In this document: one piece after another, positions 1 to 10,955 of the stretch | How positions within the stretch are numbered: the stretch's first letter is position 1 | How the letters are laid out: the number at the start of each line of letters is the position of its first letter | The notes under the pieces: model-generated | Seen by the model: only the letters and a program-made list of their open reading frames with translations | Database searches by the model: none | What the model was told of the DNA's origin: nothing | NCBI GenBank assembly: GCA_963843385.1 | Contig: CAWJJY010000007.1 | Coordinates: 566,028 to 630,027 of the forward strand | Direction of reading: 5' to 3' | DNA: 64,000 bases | Origin: an uncultured Acidobacteriota bacterium | GTDB lineage: Bacteria > Acidobacteriota > Vicinamibacteria > Vicinamibacterales > JAKQTR01 | Position numbers and translations under genes: made by a program

Positions 1-407
1 AGAGCGCGACCCGGGAGACCGTGGTCGAGCCGGGCGAGATCGTCACCGACGTGCTCCTGCCTCCGCCGGCCGCGGGGCAGGTCAGTTCGTATCGGAAGGT
101 CCGGGCGCGGGGTTCTTGGGATTTCGCGCTCGCCGGCATCGCCATTGCCGTCTCGCTGAAGGCCGCGAAGGTGGAGAAAGCGCGCGTCGTCTTGTCCGGG
201 GTGGCGCCGACCCCGTGGCGGGCGCTCGAGGTCGAGAAGGCCATCTCGGGGCAGCGCCTCGACGCGAAGACCGTGACCGCGGCGGCCGCGGCGTCGGTGA
301 AGGGTGCCACGCCGCTCGCCTACAACGGCTACAAGGTCAGCCTCGTGCGGGGCATCGTCGAGGAGGCGCTGCTCGGCCTCCAGACGGCGCCGTCGACTGG
401 TGACTAA
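1..407 (+). CDS. XDH/CO-dehydrogenase family FAD-binding (medium) subunit, C-terminal fragment; the 5' end lies outside the window
   Basis: The frame is open to the left edge. The segment ...SSYRKVRARGSWDFALAGIAIAVSL...ARVVLSGVAPTPWRA...AISGQ fits the CO_deh_flav_C-type C-terminal domain pattern of CoxM/XdhB-like subunits. Confidence 0.7.
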   Translation, partial: SATRETVVEPGEIVTDVLLPPPAAGQVSSYRKVRARGSWDFALAGIAIAVSLKAAKVEKARVVLSGVAPTPWRALEVEKAISGQRLDAKTVTAAAAASVKGATPLAYNGYKVSLVRGIVEEALLGLQTAPSTGD

Positions 408-610
408 GGAACTGGAACTTTGACGATCTGAGTGTCTGTCGCAACCTGGAACCGGCGGACGTTCCGGTAGCGTGCCTCGCATTCGAGCCGGAGGCCAGGG
501 CTCGTGTAGATCTCCTGCATGTCGGCAGGAACCAGCGCCCCGGCCTGCCTTCGAATCCGGCCGGTAATCGCGTCGGCCTGGCCACCTTGCCGGCGGCCGT
601 CACCCCAGGC

Positions 611-1342
611 TCAGCTGGTCCCTCCACCCGGAGCCGCCGCTCGACGCCTCATCCACGCGACCGCGGCGGTGACCGCGCGCTCGTAGACCACCACCTGCGG
701 CACCGGCCAGCGCTTCAGTACGGTGTAGGAATGATCTCCGCCCTCGACGACGTGCAGCGTGCAAGGGGAGGGCAGAACGTCGATGAACGCCTGAATCTCC
801 GCCGGCGTGCCGAAGGCATCCTTCGCTCCCTGAATGAAGAGCATCGGAACCGTAATGCGCGAAAGGTGAGAGACGCGAAGCTGCTGCGGCTTGGCCGGCG
901 GATGCAGGGGATAGCCGAAAAAGACCAGGCCTTTCAGGCGCTCCGACCACGGCGGCGAATCGGTCTGGTCGGCGTCCGGCGCGGCGGCCACGTGCGAACT
1001 GATGCGGCCGCCGAGTGACTTGCCTCCGATGAACAGCGGCCTCGAACCCAGCACAGGGTCGGCCGCCACCTGCGCGAGCACGGTGCGGTAGCACGACTCG
1101 AGCACGGGTTGAGGGTCCGGAAGCCGCCGCCGCTGTTCCGTGTAGGGAAAGTTGAACGTGACCACATCCAGGCCGTGCGAGGCGAGGCTGGTTGCGAAGT
1201 CCACCATGAACTCGCTCGTCTGACCCGCACCGGCCCCGTGCCCAAGAACGAGCGTGGCGGCCGACCCGTGGGAACCCGCGGGGTAGTGCAGGGCCGTCAC
1301 GTGCCTCCCGCCGTCGAGCTCGATCGTGCGTTCATCCGCCAT
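611..1342 (-). CDS. alpha/beta-fold hydrolase (dienelactone-hydrolase / KANL3-like)
   Basis: ORF 611..1369. It shows LVLGHGAGAGQTSEFM, a nucleophile-elbow-like GGKSLGGR and a C-terminal GGDHS. The likely start is MADERT at 1342. Confidence 0.7.
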   Translation of the reverse strand: MADERTIELDGGRHVTALHYPAGSHGSAATLVLGHGAGAGQTSEFMVDFATSLASHGLDVVTFNFPYTEQRRRLPDPQPVLESCYRTVLAQVAADPVLGSRPLFIGGKSLGGRISSHVAAAPDADQTDSPPWSERLKGLVFFGYPLHPPAKPQQLRVSHLSRITVPMLFIQGAKDAFGTPAEIQAFIDVLPSPCTLHVVEGGDHSYTVLKRWPVPQVVVYERAVTAAVAWMRRRAAAPGGGTS

Positions 1343-1455
1343 GTCGCATCCCTTGAGTCGCTCTTGCAAAGGAGCATACGCTAGGAGGGCAGGGCGGCGC
1401 GAATGTCGCGGCCGCCCGCTGAGGCGGGCACGGGAATCCGCATCCAGGCGAGGTC

Positions 1456-3141
<1,686 letters not shown>

Positions 3142-3560
3142 TATCCGTCGCCTTCAGGCTGCCGGCTGATGGCCCCCGTCGAGTGCCTCGCGAAGATCAG
3201 CTTCCAGCCCACTACAACAGCTCGCGGCCGGGCCGGTCAGTCCCGGGGCGGGCCCTGCGAGCAAGCCGATGACAGCGCTCGCAAACTGCACCGAGAGGGC
3301 CGGAACCGTGCGTGGGGATGGGGGTCCCCACGCGAGATCGGCGACACGCCCCGGCAAGGTGCAGTTTGCCGGCTTGCCGAGCCGGGCATGCACCGGGATT
3401 GACCCGCACGGCGCGTGCGCCTGGGTACAACGCCGCCAGCAGCCTGCCACTGCGACAAGCCGCAGCCGATTGCCGTCAGCCGTGCACCGCAATCGCGCAT
3501 TGAGGATAGAATTCGTACGCCCCCCGGCTTCATACCGTTCATCCTGAAAGGGGTCCGATT

Positions 3561-4610
3561 GTGAGAAGACCTGGCGTGCTCATTACCGGGGCCAGCGGCG
3601 AGATCGGCCACGGCCTCATTACCCGCCTTGCCGCCGCCAATCACGTGTCCGTCATCACGCTCGACGTGCGGGCGCTCGAGCCCGAGCTGGCGAAGCTGGT
3701 GCACCGCGAGGTCATCGGTTCCATCACCGACAACGCGGTGCTGGACCGAATCCTCGCCGAGTTCAACATCGATCACGTCTATCACCTGGCGGCGTACCTC
3801 TCGACCCGCAGCGAATTCACCCCGGTGACCGCGCACCACGTCAATGTCGAGGGGACGCTGAACCTGCTGGAGTTCGCGCAGAAGCAAGGCGAGTCGCACG
3901 GCCGTCCCGTCGTGTTCCTGTATCCGTCGTCGATTGCGGCATACGGGATGCCGAATCTCGAGACCAAGGCGCGCGCGGGGAAGGTCAAGGAAGACCAGTA
4001 CACCCACCCCACCACGATGTACGGCTGCAACAAGCTGTATTGCGAGCAGCTCGGCAACTACTACGCGCACCACTACAAGCAGCTCGCGGCCGAGCCCCTC
4101 AGCGGCAAGGTCGATTTCCGGGCGGTCAGATTCCCGGGCCTGATCTCCGCCGTGACGGTCCCGTCGGGGGGCACCTCGGACTATGCGCCAGAGATGATTC
4201 ACGCGGCCGCGCAGGGCGAGCCCTACGCCTGCTTCGTGAGACCCGACACGAGAATCCCGTTCATGGCCATGCCTGACGGCGTGGAAGCGCTGCTGAAGCT
4301 GGCCGCAGCGCCGCGCGAACGGCTCACGCGGACCGCCTACAACGTCGGGGCCTTCAACCCGTCCGCCGCCGAGATTCGAGAGCTCGTCCTGAAATCGTTT
4401 CCGGACGCGAGCCTGGGCTGGGAAGAGGACGTCAAACGGCAGGGCATCGTCGACTCCTGGCCGGCGGACGTGGATGACTCGGCCGCGCAGCACGACTTCG
4501 GGTTCGTGCCCGCGTTCGATTTCGAGCGGGCCTTTTCCGAGTACCTGATCCCGACGATTCGACAGCGATACGCCCCAGTGCAGGCCCCGGCTCCTCCCGT
4601 TTCGCGGTGA
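3561..4610 (+). CDS. NAD-dependent epimerase/dehydratase-fold enzyme, L-threonine 3-dehydrogenase-like
   Basis: An N-terminal GASGEIG Rossmann motif and a YGCNKLYCEQLGNYY catalytic YxxxK segment resemble short-chain (UDP-glucose-epimerase-like) TDH. Confidence 0.65.
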   Translation: MRRPGVLITGASGEIGHGLITRLAAANHVSVITLDVRALEPELAKLVHREVIGSITDNAVLDRILAEFNIDHVYHLAAYLSTRSEFTPVTAHHVNVEGTLNLLEFAQKQGESHGRPVVFLYPSSIAAYGMPNLETKARAGKVKEDQYTHPTTMYGCNKLYCEQLGNYYAHHYKQLAAEPLSGKVDFRAVRFPGLISAVTVPSGGTSDYAPEMIHAAAQGEPYACFVRPDTRIPFMAMPDGVEALLKLAAAPRERLTRTAYNVGAFNPSAAEIRELVLKSFPDASLGWEEDVKRQGIVDSWPADVDDSAAQHDFGFVPAFDFERAFSEYLIPTIRQRYAPVQAPAPPVSR

Positions 4611-6367
4611 GGGCGGCGCAGGGACCTGTTGACAACGGCACCGGCTTCGCGGCAGGGTCGAGTATGGATCTGAAGTCCCTCATCGCCCACGCGCGCGGCA
4701 GCGAACCGGCGGACGTTCTCATCACCAACGCCCGGGTCGTCAACGTCTTCAGCGGAGAAGTCGTTCCCTCCAGCGTCGCCCTGGTCGGCTCGTACATCGC
4801 AGGCTTCGGCGAGTATGACGCACGCTCGGTCATCGACGCCGAAGGCGCGTACCTGGCGCCCGGGTTCATCGACGCGCACGTGCACATCGAAAGCGCGCTC
4901 GTGCCGCCGGCCGAGTTCGCCCGGGCCGTCGTGCCGCGCGGGACCACCACCGTCATTACCGATCCCCACGAGATCGCGAATGTGCTCGGCCTCGAGGGCA
5001 TCCGGTTCATGTTCGAGAGCGCCAAATACGGGCCGCTGAGCATGTTCGTCATGGTGTCCTCCTGCGTTCCGGCTTCGGCGATGTCGACCAACGGGGCGGT
5101 GCTCCACGGCTACGACCTGTTTCCGCTCAAGTCCGATCCGTGGGTGCTGGGCCTGGCCGAAGTCATGAACTTCCACGCCACCATCAGGGGCGAGGATGCG
5201 GTGCTCGAGAAGATCGGCGCGTTCAGGGATCGGGTCATCGACGGCCACGCGCCCGGATTGTCCGGCCGGCCCCTGCAGGCGTATGTCGCGGCCGGCATCG
5301 GATCGGACCACGAAGCGACAACGCCCGAGGAGGCGGTCGAGAAGCTCCGGCTCGGCATGATGCTGTTCGTCCGGGAGGGCACCGTGGCGCGCAACCTCGA
5401 TGCCCTGCTGCCGATGATCACATCGGCCAACCACCACCGGGTCTGTTTCTGCACCGACGACTGCCAGCCCGCTGACCTCATCGACCGCGGCGGCATCGAC
5501 CACGCGATCAGGACCGCGATCGCGCGAGGGCTCGATCCCGTGATGGTGCTCCGCATGGCGTCCTGGAACGTCGCGAATCACTTCCGGCTGTACGACCGTG
5601 GTGCGATCGCGCCGGGGTACCTGGCCGACCTTGTCGCCTTCGACGACCTGGAGTCGCCGCGGGCGCGCCTGGTGTTCAGGCACGGCCAGATCGTGGCGCG
5701 CGACGGGGAGATGACCGTTCCGGCGCGGCCGACCTCGCGGAGCCTTCGCAGCACGATGAACATCGCGTGGGACCGCGTGGACATGCGCATCCCGGTCGAC
5801 GGCCGGCGTGTGCGGGTCATCGGCCTGATGCCCAATCAGCTGACGACCAGTGCCTTGATTGGCGAGCCGCAGCGCATCGACGGGCTGGCCCAGGCCGATC
5901 CCTCTCGCGACCTGCTGAAGATAGCGGTCATCGAGCGGCACATGGCGTCGGGCGGCATCGGGAAAGGATTCGTCAGAGGCATGGGGCTCACGCGCGGGGC
6001 GATCGCCTCGTCGGTCGCCCATGATCATCACAACCTGGTTGTGGCGGGAGCCGACGACGAGTCCATGGCCACGGCGGCGCGGCGCGTCAGCGACCTTCAT
6101 GGCGGAATGGTCGTCGCCCAGGGCGACCGCGTGCTGGCCGAGCTGCCGCTCCCGCTGGGCGGCCTGATGAGCCCGGCACCGGTCGAATCCGTCCGCCGCC
6201 AGCTCGATGAGGTGGTCCGCCAGGCGAAGGCCCTCGGGTCGCCGCTGCACGACCCGTTCATGGCGATGAGCTTCCTCGCGCTCGAGGTCATCCCGGCCTT
6301 GAAGCTGACCGATCGCGGCCTGGTGGACGTGGACCGATTCGAGATCGTGCCGCTCTGGGTGGATTGA
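4607..6367 (+). CDS. ade: adenine deaminase
   Basis: The protein shows amidohydrolase motifs GFIDAHVHIESA, TTVITDPHEIANV, DGHAPGLSG and SDHEATT, and its length is about 570-586 aa. A 4-nt overlap with the upstream gene is possible at the GTG at 4607. An alternative ATG is at 4664. Confidence 0.85.
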   Translation: MRAAQGPVDNGTGFAAGSSMDLKSLIAHARGSEPADVLITNARVVNVFSGEVVPSSVALVGSYIAGFGEYDARSVIDAEGAYLAPGFIDAHVHIESALVPPAEFARAVVPRGTTTVITDPHEIANVLGLEGIRFMFESAKYGPLSMFVMVSSCVPASAMSTNGAVLHGYDLFPLKSDPWVLGLAEVMNFHATIRGEDAVLEKIGAFRDRVIDGHAPGLSGRPLQAYVAAGIGSDHEATTPEEAVEKLRLGMMLFVREGTVARNLDALLPMITSANHHRVCFCTDDCQPADLIDRGGIDHAIRTAIARGLDPVMVLRMASWNVANHFRLYDRGAIAPGYLADLVAFDDLESPRARLVFRHGQIVARDGEMTVPARPTSRSLRSTMNIAWDRVDMRIPVDGRRVRVIGLMPNQLTTSALIGEPQRIDGLAQADPSRDLLKIAVIERHMASGGIGKGFVRGMGLTRGAIASSVAHDHHNLVVAGADDESMATAARRVSDLHGGMVVAQGDRVLAELPLPLGGLMSPAPVESVRRQLDEVVRQAKALGSPLHDPFMAMSFLALEVIPALKLTDRGLVDVDRFEIVPLWVD

Positions 6368-6528
6368 GTCGACTGAGGAACCGCCCGCCCGGAGCCTGTA
6401 ACCTCTCGCGGGTTTCGTGAATCATAGTTCACGGCCCTGCCTCCACGCGGTGCCCGCCGATACTGCCCCCCTTGGTTCGGTTCCACGACGCCCCCGAGGA
6501 ATCCTGGCCGAGCCCCCCTGAGGTTCAG

Positions 6529-8724
6529 ATGGATACGGTCTCCCGCAGACGCTTCCTCAAGATCTCCACAGCCACCGTTGGTGTAGCGGCCGCGGGCGGA
6601 TCACTGGCGCATCTTTCCGGTCAAGCCAGGAACGGCACGAAGTCGGAGGCCGGACTACGGAAGGTGCCGACCTACTGCGACATGTGCTTCTGGAAGTGCG
6701 GGGCGATTGCCTACGTGCAGGACGGGATGCTGTGGAAGGTCGAAGGCAACCCGGAAGATCCGCTGAGCCGGGGCCGCCTGTGCCCTCGAGGGACCGGCAG
6801 CGTCGGCGCCCACACGGACCCCGATCGCCTCAAGGTCCCGCTCATCCGGCGTCGCGGGAGAGGGCAGGACGAGTGGAGCCAGGTCACCTGGGACGAGGCG
6901 CTCACCTACATCGCCGAGCGGATGCAGAGGATCAAGGCGCAATATGGGCCCGAGTCGGTCGCGCTGTTCTCGCACGGCATCGGCGGCACATTTCTCAAAC
7001 ACACGCTCAAGGCGTTTGGCTCTCCGAACATCGCCGCGCCGTCGTTTGCGCAATGCCGGGGCCCAAGGGACGTCGGGTTCAGTCTGACCTTCGGTGAGGA
7101 AATCGGATCGCCCGAGCGCACCGACATTCGCAACAGCCGCTGCCTGGTGCTCATCGGATCGCACCTCGGCGAAAACATGCACAACACGCAGGTGCAGGAA
7201 TTCGCCGACGCGGTCGGCAGCGGCGCGAGCCTCATCGTTGTCGACCCGAGGTTTTCGGTGGCCGCCAGCAAGGCCAAGTTCTACCTGCCGATCCGGCCGG
7301 GCACGGACCTGGCGCTCGTGCTCGCCTGGATGAACGTGCTGGTGGCCGAGCAGCTCTACGACCGGGAGTACGTCGGAAAGTACGGGTTCGGATTCGAGGC
7401 GTTCGCAGCCGAGATCGCGCCGTACACGCCCGAGTGGGCGTATCCCGAGACGGGCATCGAACCCGCCGTCATTCGCGAAACCGCACGGGAGATGGCCAGG
7501 TATCGCCCGGCGACGCTCGTGCACCCGGGTCGCCATGCGACGTGGTACGGCGACGATGCACAGAGAAGCCGCGCGGTGGCGCTGTTGAACGCGTTGCTCG
7601 GGAGTTGGGGACGCAAGGGCGGGTTCTACCAGCCGCGGAGCATGGATGTGCCCGGCTATCCCTACCCGCCGTACCCGGCATCCCGGCAGGGCAAGGTCGA
7701 CAACCCCGGCGGGAAGCATCCATTCGCCTCGGAGTCGATCACCACGGGCATCCGCGAGGCGACCGTGAGCGGCCGGCCCTATCCGGTGAAGGGCTGGATC
7801 ACCTACGCGACCAACCTCATGATGGCGCTGCCCAACGAGGCGGAGACAATCAAGGCCATCCAGGCGCTCGATCTCCTCGTGGTCGTCGACGTGATCCCAA
7901 GCGAAATGGCGGGTTGGGCGGATGTCGTGCTGCCCGAGGCCACCTTCCTGGAGCGGTACGACGAATTGAACGTCGAGCTGTTCCGGGAGCCGTTCGTCGC
8001 GCTGCGCCAGCCGGTTGTCGACGCCCCCGATGATCAGAAACCGAACTGGTGGATCGCGAAGGAACTCGCCACCAAGCTCGGGCTAGAGGCGTACTTCCCG
8101 TGGAAGCACATCGAGGAGTACCTGGGTGCGCGACTGTCGAAGGCGGGGCTGAGCTTCGCCGATCTGAAGCAGAAGGGAATCATCGCCGGCAAGCCCCAGC
8201 CGATCTATTTCGAGGACGGTGTCCCACCCGAGTTCGGCACTCCCTCGGGCAAGATCGAGTTCTACTCGACCAGCCTGCGCGACCGCGGCTTCGATCCGGT
8301 GCCGAAGTATACGAAACACCCGCAACCTCCGCCGGGATCGTTCCGGCTGCTGTTCGGGCGGGCGCCCGTTCACACGTTCGGCCGGACGCAGTCCAATCCG
8401 ATTCTGCACGACATGATGGCGGAGAACGAGGTGTGGGTGAACGCTGATGCCGCGGCCCGCCTGGGCTTCCGGGACGGAGAACGCGTGCGGCTGAAGAACC
8501 AGGACGGCATCGTGAGCAACCTCGTGCGCATGAAGGCGACCAACCGCATCCGTCCGGATTGCGTGTACATGGTGCACGGCTTCGGACATACGGCGGTGCG
8601 ATTGCGGCGGGCGCTGGGCCGGGGCGCGAGCGACGGCCAGCTCGTCACGCGGTACGCCACCGATCCCCTGATGGGCGGCACGGGCATGAACGTGAACTTC
8701 GTCACGCTGGAAACGGAGGCCTGA
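6529..8724 (+). CDS. Tat-exported molybdopterin (bis-MGD) oxidoreductase catalytic subunit, PsrA/PhsA/TtrA-like
   Basis: A twin-arginine signal (SRRRFLKISTATVGVAAAG) is followed by an N-terminal 4Fe-4S motif (CDMCFWKCG...CPRG). The gene sits directly upstream of 4Fe-4S and NrfD subunit genes. A GAGG lies 5 nt before the ATG at 6529. Confidence 0.85.
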   Translation: MDTVSRRRFLKISTATVGVAAAGGSLAHLSGQARNGTKSEAGLRKVPTYCDMCFWKCGAIAYVQDGMLWKVEGNPEDPLSRGRLCPRGTGSVGAHTDPDRLKVPLIRRRGRGQDEWSQVTWDEALTYIAERMQRIKAQYGPESVALFSHGIGGTFLKHTLKAFGSPNIAAPSFAQCRGPRDVGFSLTFGEEIGSPERTDIRNSRCLVLIGSHLGENMHNTQVQEFADAVGSGASLIVVDPRFSVAASKAKFYLPIRPGTDLALVLAWMNVLVAEQLYDREYVGKYGFGFEAFAAEIAPYTPEWAYPETGIEPAVIRETAREMARYRPATLVHPGRHATWYGDDAQRSRAVALLNALLGSWGRKGGFYQPRSMDVPGYPYPPYPASRQGKVDNPGGKHPFASESITTGIREATVSGRPYPVKGWITYATNLMMALPNEAETIKAIQALDLLVVVDVIPSEMAGWADVVLPEATFLERYDELNVELFREPFVALRQPVVDAPDDQKPNWWIAKELATKLGLEAYFPWKHIEEYLGARLSKAGLSFADLKQKGIIAGKPQPIYFEDGVPPEFGTPSGKIEFYSTSLRDRGFDPVPKYTKHPQPPPGSFRLLFGRAPVHTFGRTQSNPILHDMMAENEVWVNADAAARLGFRDGERVRLKNQDGIVSNLVRMKATNRIRPDCVYMVHGFGHTAVRLRRALGRGASDGQLVTRYATDPLMGGTGMNVNFVTLETEA

Positions 8725-8728
8725 CGCG

Positions 8729-9268
8729 ATGGCGCGGTACGGCATGGCGATCGACACCCGCCGGTGCGTCGGGTGCATGGACTGCGTGGTGGCCTGCAAG
8801 ACCGAGAACCGGGTGCCCGAGGGCTTCACCCGGGACTGGATCGCCACCGAGGCCACCGGGCGGTTCCCGACCATCCAGCTGGAGATCCGGAGCGAGCGGT
8901 GCAATCACTGCGACAACCCGCCGTGCGTGGCGTGCTGCCCGACCGGGGCGAGCCACGTCGCATCGCCCGGCCAACTCGTGCTGGTGACGCACGAGGCGTG
9001 CATCGGCTGCAAGGCCTGCCTCGCCTCGTGTCCGTACGGCGCGAGGTTCGTCCATCCCGACGGGTACGCAGACAAGTGCTCATTCTGCGCTCATCGCCTG
9101 GAGGAGGGGCTCGACCCCGCCTGCGTGACCGTGTGTCCGACCAGGTGCATGACATTCGGCGACCTCGACGACCCGAACGCTCCGATCAGCCGGCTGCTGG
9201 CCTCGCGCAAGGCACACGCACTTCAGCCGGCTTCGGGCACCGAGCCGCGCATCTTCTATCTCGTCTAG
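8729..9268 (+). CDS. 4Fe-4S ferredoxin-type electron-transfer subunit (PsrB/NrfC-like)
   Basis: Four Cys clusters are present (CVGCMDCVVAC, CNHCDNPPCVACCP, CIGCKACLASCP, CSFCAHR...CVTVCP). Confidence 0.88.
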   Translation: MARYGMAIDTRRCVGCMDCVVACKTENRVPEGFTRDWIATEATGRFPTIQLEIRSERCNHCDNPPCVACCPTGASHVASPGQLVLVTHEACIGCKACLASCPYGARFVHPDGYADKCSFCAHRLEEGLDPACVTVCPTRCMTFGDLDDPNAPISRLLASRKAHALQPASGTEPRIFYLV

Positions 9269-9275
9269 GGGGCCT

Positions 9276-10226
9276 TTGGTGACGCCAGAATTCTTCATCA
9301 CTCGCCACAATCCGCTCGTGGATCCGAGCCTGAGCGTCTGGGGCTGGGAAATCGCCGTCTACCTGTTCCTGGGAGGCTGGGTCGCCGGGATGATGATTCT
9401 TACCGGCTATTTCATACTCGGCGGGCGCCACCAGCGCCCGTCGCCTCTGCTTTCGGCCTTGCCCGGCGTCGGCCTGGTCCTGCTCAGCCTCGGCATGCTG
9501 GCGCTGTTCCTCGACCTCGAGCACAAGAGCAATGTCTGGCGTCTCTATGTGACCTTTCAGCCCAGCTCGCCGATGTCGTGGGGCGCCTGGATCCTCCTGC
9601 TCGTGTACCCGGTGCTCATGCTCAGCTGGATGACGCGGCCGCCAGCGTTGTTGCGGGATGCGAGCCCCCCGGTCGATCATGCGTCGCGATGGCTCCGCGC
9701 CCGCCCGCGGGCGGTCAGCCTGATCGGCGCGACCAGCATCGCACTGGGCGCCGCACTCGGCGTCTACACGGGGGTGCTCCTGAGCGCCCTCGGTGCGCGG
9801 CCGCTCTGGAATAGCGGAGCGTTGGGCATTCTCTTCCTGGCTTCAGGGGTATCAACCGCTGCCGCATTCGCCCACCTGGTGACGCGCAGCCTCGACGAGC
9901 GGGCCCTGACGGTACGCATCGACAACATCGTGCTGGCATCAGAACTTGGGGTGCTCGCGCTGTTCCTGTTCGGGCTGCTCTCGGGTAGTGCCCCGCAGAT
10001 TGATGCAGCGCGATTGCTCCTGGGTGGAGCCTACACGGCGCCGTTCTGGGTCTTCGTCATCGGACTCGGCCTCGTCGTTCCTCTCGTGATCCAGACCCTC
10101 GCCGCACGTCACATCGTGCCGCACACGCCGATCGCCCCGCTGCTGGTCATGGCGGGTGGGCTGGCGCTCCGGTTCGTGTTCGTTTACGCGGGCCAGGCCA
10201 GCCACTGGGCCAGGGGCTTGGGCTAG
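9276..10226 (+). CDS. NrfD/PsrC-family integral-membrane quinol-interacting subunit
   Basis: The protein is hydrophobic with about 8 predicted helices and occupies third position after the Mo and FeS subunits. The start is TTG at 9276 or GTG at 9279. Confidence 0.8.
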   Translation: MVTPEFFITRHNPLVDPSLSVWGWEIAVYLFLGGWVAGMMILTGYFILGGRHQRPSPLLSALPGVGLVLLSLGMLALFLDLEHKSNVWRLYVTFQPSSPMSWGAWILLLVYPVLMLSWMTRPPALLRDASPPVDHASRWLRARPRAVSLIGATSIALGAALGVYTGVLLSALGARPLWNSGALGILFLASGVSTAAAFAHLVTRSLDERALTVRIDNIVLASELGVLALFLFGLLSGSAPQIDAARLLLGGAYTAPFWVFVIGLGLVVPLVIQTLAARHIVPHTPIAPLLVMAGGLALRFVFVYAGQASHWARGLG

Positions 10227-10376
10227 GGGAGGGGCCAGGCGCTGGGTACCGGCGCTGGTCAGTCGCGGGCTAGGGACAAGGGCCTGGGCGCTGGCGGCTC
10301 GTCAGACACGGGCTTCGGAAGGGCGGGGCTGGTCGACAGGACGGCGAGCAGAGATCGTGAATCCAAGGAGTGCACG

Positions 10377-10955
10377 ATGACAACAACAACTGCCGAAGGG
10401 CTCGGCGTCCCCGTAGAAGCGGCGGGCGAGCGGGAGACCGCCGCGGCGCAGCCCTACATGAATCCCTACCTGGCCGGCATCGGTCTCGGCCTGACGCTGC
10501 TCGCCGCCTTCGTGCTCGTCGGACGGGGACTTGGCGCATCGGGCGCATTCAACGCCGTGGTCGCCTGGGCAGTGAACTCAGTGGCGCCTGCGCACGCACA
10601 GGGAAACGAGTTCATCGCGGGCTACCTTGGTGACGGCAGCTCGTCGCCGCTCAAGGCCTGGCTGCTCTTCGAGGTCGTGGGTGTCTTCTTCGGCGCGCTC
10701 GTCTCAGGGCTCCTGGCGCGTCGCGTGCAGGTCATGGTGGAAAAAGGCCCGCGCGTTTCGACGGCGCCTCGACTGATCGCCGCCTTCGCCGGCGGTGCGT
10801 TGATGGCCATCGGAGCCGCGCTGGCGCGGGGCTGCACCAGCGGCCAGGCGCTCACCGGCGGCTCGCTCCTCAACCTCGGCAGCTGGGCCGCCATGATGAT
10901 GATCTTCGCCGGGGCTTACGCCGTGGCGTACTTCGTAAGGTGGCAATGGCGATGA
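10377..10955 (+). CDS. YeeE/YedE-family sulfur-compound transport protein (half-size, first of a pair)
   Basis: A hydrophobic protein carrying the conserved ...ARGCTSGQALTGG... motif. Confidence 0.75.
   Translation: MTTTTAEGLGVPVEAAGERETAAAQPYMNPYLAGIGLGLTLLAAFVLVGRGLGASGAFNAVVAWAVNSVAPAHAQGNEFIAGYLGDGSSSPLKAWLLFEVVGVFFGALVSGLLARRVQVMVEKGPRVSTAPRLIAAFAGGALMAIGAALARGCTSGQALTGGSLLNLGSWAAMMMIFAGAYAVAYFVRWQWR

Noticed and set aside
408-610. A short minus-strand reading frame, ...AITGRIRRQAGALVPADMQEIYTSPGLRLECEARYRNVRRFQVATDTQIVKVPVP*, in the gap after the XDH-FAD fragment.
   Set aside because: It looks vaguely protein-like, but only a 37-codon stretch follows an ATG and the frame is closed about 60 codons upstream. 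I recognise no family. It may be a gene remnant but cannot be supported.
4337-6250. A 637-aa minus-strand ORF. Similar long antisense ORFs are 3237..4493(-), 1549..2670(-), 6655..7719(-), 13162..14586(+), 19533..21164(+), 34245..36041(+), 41113..42798(+), 43720..44811(+), 44849..46012(+), 52335..53879(+) and 54622..55788(+).
   Set aside because: All lie antisense to, or out of frame with, genes that have clear family signatures. Their translations are Arg/Pro/Gly/His-rich low-complexity sequence, typical of shadow ORFs in high-GC DNA.
6529-8724. Possible selenocysteine (in-frame TGA) in the Mo oxidoreductase, or in the XdhD-like gene, given the selenium-linked neighbours.
   Set aside because: Both ORFs are uninterrupted, with no in-frame TGA. 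The selenium link of the ygeY/xdhD family concerns a labile Se cofactor, not Sec.
10289-10302. The GC-rich motif GCTGGCGGCTCG / CTGGCGGCT, shared between 10290, 38790-38812 (reverse strand) and the xdhD insertion (about 41490-41570), as a possible dispersed repeat family.
   Set aside because: The shared core is only 9-12 nt of low-complexity GC sequence. Matches of that length are expected by chance in 64 kb of GC-biased DNA.
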